A stretch of 64,000 bases of DNA from Gammaproteobacteria bacterium (GTDB lineage Bacteria; Pseudomonadota; Gammaproteobacteria; JABABF01), in the NCBI GenBank assembly GCA_965237805.1, contig OZ250153.1, forward strand, positions 992,001 through 1,056,000, in the 5' to 3' direction. Positions 59,120 to 64,000 of the stretch are shown here, piece by piece (the stretch's first letter is position 1; each line of letters starts with the position of its first letter). Below the pieces are notes generated by a model, which searched no databases, was not told the origin of the DNA, and saw nothing but the letters and a program-made list of their open reading frames with translations. A program made the position numbers and the translations under genes.

Positions 59120-60567
59120 TGGCTTGGGAAACGGTCATCGGGCTCGAGGTGCATGTCCAACTGGCAACCGCCAGCAAGCTGCTCTCCAGCACACCGACCA
59201 CCTTTGGCGCGGCACCCAACGAACACGCCAACCATTTTGATCTGGCACTGCCCGGCACCCTGCCAGTGGTCAATGCTGAGGCGGTGCGTTGCGCCGTGCT
59301 GTTCGGCTTGGCAGTCGATGCCGAGCTCGCGCGACGCTCTGTTTTCGCCCGCAAGCACTATTTCTATCCGGATCTGCCCAAAGGCTATCAGACCAGCCAA
59401 TACGAACAGCCCATCGTCGGCCGGGGCACGCTCTGCGTATCGCTTCCGGACGGGCGTGAAAAGATTGTCGGCATCACCCGCGCCCACCTCGAAGAAGACG
59501 CCGGAAAATCTCTGCACGACCGCTTCGCGGGCCAGACTGCGCTCGATTTCAATCGCGCTGGCGTGCCATTGCTGGAAATCGTCTCGGATCCTGATATGCG
59601 CTCGGCAGCAGAGGCGGTCGCCTATCTGCGCAGCCTGCACGAGATCGTCCGCCGCATCGGCATCTCCGACGGCCGTATGGCCGAGGGGTCGATGCGCTGC
59701 GATGTCAATATTTCGCTGCGTGAAGCCGGGCAGCTCAGCTTGGGCAAGCGAGCCGAAATCAAGAATGTCAACTCATTCCGTTTTGTGGAACAAGCCATCG
59801 AACACGAAACCAAGCGCCAGCGGCTACTGCTGGAGAGCGGCGAGACACCGCGGCAAGAGACCAGACTCTACGACCCGGGCCGCAATGAAACACGCGCTAT
59901 GCGCAGCAAAGAGGAGGTGAACGACTACCGTTATTTCCCCGACCCCGACCTGTTGCCAGTGGTGCTGTCTGAGGAGTACATTGAGAGCTTGCGCCAAGCG
60001 CTGCCCGAGCTGCCAGCCGCATCTCGACAGCGGCTGCGCGAACAGCACCAACTCAACCCGCAAATCGCCGCACAGCTGGCCGACGACAGTGCCACGCTAC
60101 GCTTCTTCGACGCGGTGGCCGACAGCTGTGGGCACAGCACCCTAGCCGCCAACTGGGTGACTGGTGCACTGCTGGCCAAGCTCAGGCACCATGGCCTCGA
60201 TATCGCGCACAGCCGGGTGAGCGCAACACATTTGGCCGAGTTGTTGCGGCGGCTCGCCGACGGCAAGATGTCGAGCAAAATGGCCAAGGAGGTGTTTGCC
60301 GCCATGTGGGAACAGCAATGTGATGCTGGGCGCATTATTGAGCAGCAGGGCTTGTCACAGATCTCGGACGAAAGCGAGCTCGACACGCTGATCCAGCAAA
60401 TACTGGCAGAGCACGCCGCGCAGGTGGAGCAATACCGGGCGGCCGCCCCGGAGAAACGCAAAAAAATGCTCGGTTTCTTTGTCGGCCAGTTGATGCGAAA
60501 AAGCAGCGGACAGGCCAACCCATCCCTCGCCAACACCCTTTTTCTGCGCCGCTTGGAAGTCAACTAG
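59116..60567 (+). CDS. gatB: Asp/Glu-tRNA amidotransferase subunit B
   Basis: VIGLEVHVQL, YFYPDLPKGYQ, HLEEDAGK, MRCDVN, MRSKE, YRYFPDPDL. Confidence 0.97.
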   Translation: MMAWETVIGLEVHVQLATASKLLSSTPTTFGAAPNEHANHFDLALPGTLPVVNAEAVRCAVLFGLAVDAELARRSVFARKHYFYPDLPKGYQTSQYEQPIVGRGTLCVSLPDGREKIVGITRAHLEEDAGKSLHDRFAGQTALDFNRAGVPLLEIVSDPDMRSAAEAVAYLRSLHEIVRRIGISDGRMAEGSMRCDVNISLREAGQLSLGKRAEIKNVNSFRFVEQAIEHETKRQRLLLESGETPRQETRLYDPGRNETRAMRSKEEVNDYRYFPDPDLLPVVLSEEYIESLRQALPELPAASRQRLREQHQLNPQIAAQLADDSATLRFFDAVADSCGHSTLAANWVTGALLAKLRHHGLDIAHSRVSATHLAELLRRLADGKMSSKMAKEVFAAMWEQQCDAGRIIEQQGLSQISDESELDTLIQQILAEHAAQVEQYRAAAPEKRKKMLGFFVGQLMRKSSGQANPSLANTLFLRRLEVN

Positions 60568-60570
60568 ATC

Positions 60571-60867
60571 ATGAAAAAGGACAAGCGGGTAGTCATCGAC
60601 GAGGTGTGGACAGAGCAGAGGGTGCGGGGATTTTTGCGGCTACAGGCACCGGTAGGCGTGGATGGTGATTTTTTCACACTACTGCGCGCCTACCAGAGTA
60701 TGCGGCTTGAGGATTTTGAGCGGTTCATCGACTTTTTCCAAGCTGAACAGCGCAATCTCAGCGCTCGCTCGCAACATGGTGAGACCATCCTCAGCATCAT
60801 CTCAAAGCACCGCCGCAGCGGAGCCTATGCCGAGCTGTTGCAACGCGCGGGAGCGACGGGCGGGTAG
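60571..60867 (+). CDS. Conserved hypothetical protein (PA4642-like)
   Basis: KDK..VIDE, DF..LLRAY.SMR..DF.RF, GET pattern recalled from a Pseudomonas family. Confidence 0.7.
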   Translation: MKKDKRVVIDEVWTEQRVRGFLRLQAPVGVDGDFFTLLRAYQSMRLEDFERFIDFFQAEQRNLSARSQHGETILSIISKHRRSGAYAELLQRAGATGG

Positions 60868-60938
60868 CGCCCCCGGCAATGGCGACCAGACAAGGCAAAC
60901 TCTGGCAGAGTTTGCCACCACGGCAGCGGGACGCGGCG

Positions 60939-61955
60939 CTACATTTTGGGAGGCAAAAAATCCTCATTTAATTGTCTGCAGATCTGCTCCGTCAACCGCC
61001 CCCCATGGAGCTTCGCCAAATGCGCTGCGACATAATTGGCAAAATTCCCCGCATGCAGCAGCGAGTAGCCCCTGATCAGGCTGTAGAGAAAAACGCCGGC
61101 AAAGGCATCGCCAGCGCCGTTGGTGTTGATGGGCACAACGGGGTGCGGCTCAATCTGAGTCGTCTGCCCCTCATGTATCAGTATCGCGCCATCCGCACCA
61201 GCGGTGACAACGACACAGCGTGCGAGCGCGGCCAACGCCGGCGATGCGCTCTCCAGCGTGTCGGCACCGCTCCAAGCCAAGGCCTCGGCGCGATTGCAGA
61301 ACAGCAAGTCGACGCCATCGTCTCCGAATAGCTGGTCTAGGCCCTCGCGACAATGTTTGACGATATTGACATCGGACAAGCTGATGGCGATTGGGACAGC
61401 AGCGGCGGTGGCCAAGCGGCGCGCATGCAATGCCACTTCCAAGCCGTTTTCAGAGCCGACCAAATAGCCTTCTATATAGGCGTAGCGGGATGCGGCCAAG
61501 GCTGCGGCATCGATGTCGTCGGGAGCGATGTCCAGATTGGAGCCGAGTGCCGTCTGTAGCGTGCGCTCGGCATCACCGGTGAGTAGAACCAAGCAACGTC
61601 CGGTAGGCTGACCACCCTGCACCCCACCCAGAGGACGGTATCCGATTCCAGCCTGCGCGAGGCCGCGCAAAAAGATCTCACCCATCGCGTCGTTGTCGAC
61701 ACGGCAGGCAAAGTAGGCATTGGCACCCAAGTGGCTGGCCGTGATCACCGCATTGGCCGCCGAGCCGCCACAGGACTCACCGTATATCTTGCCCTGTGCA
61801 CCGAGCTGTTCGATATTCCGTTGCACGTCCTCATGACTACTGAGCGTCATGGATCCCTTGTCCAAGCCAAGCTCGGACAACAAGGGGGCGTCGACATGGC
61901 ATTCTATGTCGAGCAAGGCGGCACCCACGCCAAATAAATCGTAGCGACCGACCAT
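60939..61955 (-). CDS. PfkB-family kinase (adenosine kinase-like)
   Basis: G.ALLD, KGSMTL, GGSAAN, ERTL, EGYL, FCN..EA, NTNGAGDAFAG. Confidence 0.92.
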   Translation of the reverse strand: MVGRYDLFGVGAALLDIECHVDAPLLSELGLDKGSMTLSSHEDVQRNIEQLGAQGKIYGESCGGSAANAVITASHLGANAYFACRVDNDAMGEIFLRGLAQAGIGYRPLGGVQGGQPTGRCLVLLTGDAERTLQTALGSNLDIAPDDIDAAALAASRYAYIEGYLVGSENGLEVALHARRLATAAAVPIAISLSDVNIVKHCREGLDQLFGDDGVDLLFCNRAEALAWSGADTLESASPALAALARCVVVTAGADGAILIHEGQTTQIEPHPVVPINTNGAGDAFAGVFLYSLIRGYSLLHAGNFANYVAAHLAKLHGGRLTEQICRQLNEDFLPPKM

Positions 61956-62118
61956 CTCAAGCAACCCAGACAATCGCGGAATAAGCGTTTTAGTATAGCA
62001 ATGCAACAGTGCAAGGATCGGTGCCCATCATGGTGATAGGTGCCGAGCACGTCCAGCTGGTAGCGTGTGGCGCACCGGACACAGACCGCAACCAAGGCCG
62101 AGCCAAAGCGGCGTCAAG

Positions 62119-62192
62119 TGGCTACGGGTGGACTTGAACCACCGACCCCGGCATTATGAGTGCCGTGCTCTAACCAACTGAGCTACGTAGCC
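62119..62192 (-). tRNA. tRNA-Met(CAT), elongator type
   Basis: GGCTACGTAGCTCAGTTGGTTAGAGCACGGCA-CTCATAA-TGCCGGGGTCGGTGGTTCAAGTCCACCCGTAGCCA; followed by CTT rather than CCA. Confidence 0.95.
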
Positions 62193-62308
62193 GCTCGGTA
62201 GCAGCTGATTAAGAGTTTAATTGTCGCCACTGGCAGGTCACCATGTCAAACCGCCATGACCTCAACCGGTTGGTATTCCCGCCGCAGTACAGCGTCGCTC
62301 GCGGCGAG

Positions 62309-63007
62309 CTATCCGTCACTGAAGCGGGGGTAGATATCAAAGCGCACCAGTTTGCCCCGCAAACTGTGGGCGGGCGGGTGACCCGACAACGGTGGCGAGC
62401 GCAGGGGGCGTTTGACCACCACTCGATAGCGTGCGCTGCGCAGTGCCAAGGCCAACAAGGCATCGTCCTGCGCTGACTCGACAGTGCTGGCAAGCGCCCA
62501 CAGAGCGCGCGCCGACTTTTTTGTCAGCGCAACCTTGCGTCGCAATGGAAACATCGGATCCAAATAGACCACATCAAAGCGGGTGTCGGGCAATAACAAG
62601 TGCGCATCGCAAACCCGCAAGGACATGCGCGCCGCAATCGCCGCCAGCTTGCCGCTGGCCGAACGAGCACGGCTCAAAGCGTCTAACAACAGGGTGGCGA
62701 CCACCGGATGCCGCTCACACATGGCCACCCGGCAACCGGCCGAGGCCAGCACATAGGCATCTGTGCCGAGGCCAGCCGTCGCGTCCAGCACTTCGGGTGC
62801 CCGGCCACCAACGGTGCCGACGGCGCGGCGCAACAAGCTCGCCCCTTGGCTGCGCCGCCGCAAATTGGGGGCGCTGAAATCTTGGCGCAGCGAGGCGGCA
62901 ACACCGCTGTCATCGCACAGCACCAATCCTTCCGGGTGCAAGCCCAAGCGCCAACCTGCACCGGGCGAGCTGGCGATGCGGGCATCGCGCCGACGGCTCA
63001 GGAGCAA
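62309..63007 (-). CDS. rsmJ: 16S rRNA m2G1516 methyltransferase
   Basis: VLDATAGLGTDA, ERHP, DVVYLDPMFP, RVVVKRP, RFDIY; start uncertain. Confidence 0.9.
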   Translation of the reverse strand: MLLSRRRDARIASSPGAGWRLGLHPEGLVLCDDSGVAASLRQDFSAPNLRRRSQGASLLRRAVGTVGGRAPEVLDATAGLGTDAYVLASAGCRVAMCERHPVVATLLLDALSRARSASGKLAAIAARMSLRVCDAHLLLPDTRFDVVYLDPMFPLRRKVALTKKSARALWALASTVESAQDDALLALALRSARYRVVVKRPLRSPPLSGHPPAHSLRGKLVRFDIYPRFSDG

Positions 63008-64000
63008 CCCTCCCAGACCGCCCGCAACGCTGGCTCATCGTCAAACTCGAGCAAGCGCGAGCTACCGATGGCATCGAGCAACACCAGACGCAACCGCCCC
63101 GCACGCCGCTTTTTGTCTTGCCACATGGCCGCGATCAACGCATCCGTCGCCAAGCCGGGCGGCGGGCGCACTGGCAAGTCCAGCGTCGACAACAGCGCCT
63201 CAATACGCTCCGCCGCTGCACTGTCCAACATGCCGCAGCGCACCGACAGGCGAGCGGCGAGAGCCATGCCCACCGACACTGCCTCGCCGTGCCTAAGCCC
63301 TCGGTAGGACTCCACCGTTTCGATGGCATGCGCAAAACTGTGCCCGAGATTGAGCAGAGCACGACGACCACCTGTCTCGCGCTCATCAGCGACGACGATG
63401 TCCGCCTTGTGCGCGCAGGAACGCCGTATCGCCTCGAGCTGAGCTCCCGCTTCCCGCTGCAACAGCGCCTCGCTATGGCCTTCCAGCCAGCCGAAGAAAA
63501 CGGCATCTCCCAACAAACCGTACTTGATCACCTCGGCGAGGCCAGCGCGGTAATCGCGTAGCGGCAGGCTGGACAGCGTGTCGACATCGGCGATCACGCA
63601 ACGCGGTTGATGGAAAGCGCCGATCATATTTTTGCCAGCGAGATGATCCACCGCTGTTTTGCCACCCACCGAGGCATCCACCTGCGCCAGCAGCGTGGTC
63701 GGCAATTGCAAATAGTCGACGCCGCGCAGATAGGTCGCGGCGGCAAAACCACACATATCGCCGACCACGCCGCCACCCAAGGCCAATAAGCTCACATCGC
63801 GGTCGGCACCGGCCTCAATCAGGGCGTCGTAGATGCGTGCCAAGCCGGTCAAATTCTTGTGCTGTTCGCCATCTGGCAACACCAGTGCAGCGCAACGTAG
63901 CCCCGGCAACGACGACAGCACCGCCCGCAACGGCTCCAAGTACAAGGGTGCCACCCGTTCATCGCTGACGACCATGGCCAGCGGCCCCGGTATCGCCGCA
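62998..64000 (-). CDS. aroB: 3-dehydroquinate synthase, 5' end beyond window
   Basis: DGEQHK, GGGVVGD, PTTLLAQVDASVGGKT, KNMIGAFHQP, LNLGHSFAHAIE, HGEAV. Confidence 0.97.
   Translation of the reverse strand, partial: AAIPGPLAMVVSDERVAPLYLEPLRAVLSSLPGLRCAALVLPDGEQHKNLTGLARIYDALIEAGADRDVSLLALGGGVVGDMCGFAAATYLRGVDYLQLPTTLLAQVDASVGGKTAVDHLAGKNMIGAFHQPRCVIADVDTLSSLPLRDYRAGLAEVIKYGLLGDAVFFGWLEGHSEALLQREAGAQLEAIRRSCAHKADIVVADERETGGRRALLNLGHSFAHAIETVESYRGLRHGEAVSVGMALAARLSVRCGMLDSAAAERIEALLSTLDLPVRPPPGLATDALIAAMWQDKKRRAGRLRLVLLDAIGSSRLLEFDDEPALRAVWEGCS

Noticed and set aside
62007-62308. Genomic island at tRNA-Met
   Set aside because: Flanked by housekeeping genes; no integrase or duplicated tRNA 3' end seen

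Overview
GC-rich gammaproteobacterial chromosome segment with a gene order resembling Pseudomonas and Cellvibrionales. It consists mostly of tightly packed housekeeping genes: dapA-bamC-purC-tRNA-Ser, argC, hemJLB, parE, trpE/trpGDC, acs, dsbA-c4-c5, zapE, hisGDC-murA, kdsDC-lpt, rapZ, mgtE, yhdP, gatCAB, tRNA-Met, rsmJ and aroB. No integrase, transposase, phage gene or CRISPR array was seen. Five things stand out. (1) A ~2500-aa secreted protein combines a dockerin-like pair, a long cadherin-like stalk (three 645-bp copies that read identical by eye plus two diverged 642-bp copies) and a C-terminal GH16-like domain whose distal half has sharply different base composition. (2) One ORF fuses LptC to LptA and carries a 65-aa internal duplication. 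(3) The alternative peptidoglycan pair murL-murD2 is present, with a degenerate PP-loop in MurL. (4) Normally syntenic blocks (mreBCD-maf-rng, rpoN-hpf-ptsN, npr, mlaFEDB, pmbA/tldD) are cleanly absent from their usual positions, YhdP is short, and both tRNA genes lack an encoded CCA. (5) Steroid/aromatic-catabolism-type enzymes are scattered among core genes. Together this suggests a streamlined, probably host-associated marine bacterium with a remodelled envelope (inference). All calls come from motif recognition by eye, with no database search, and start codons are best guesses.
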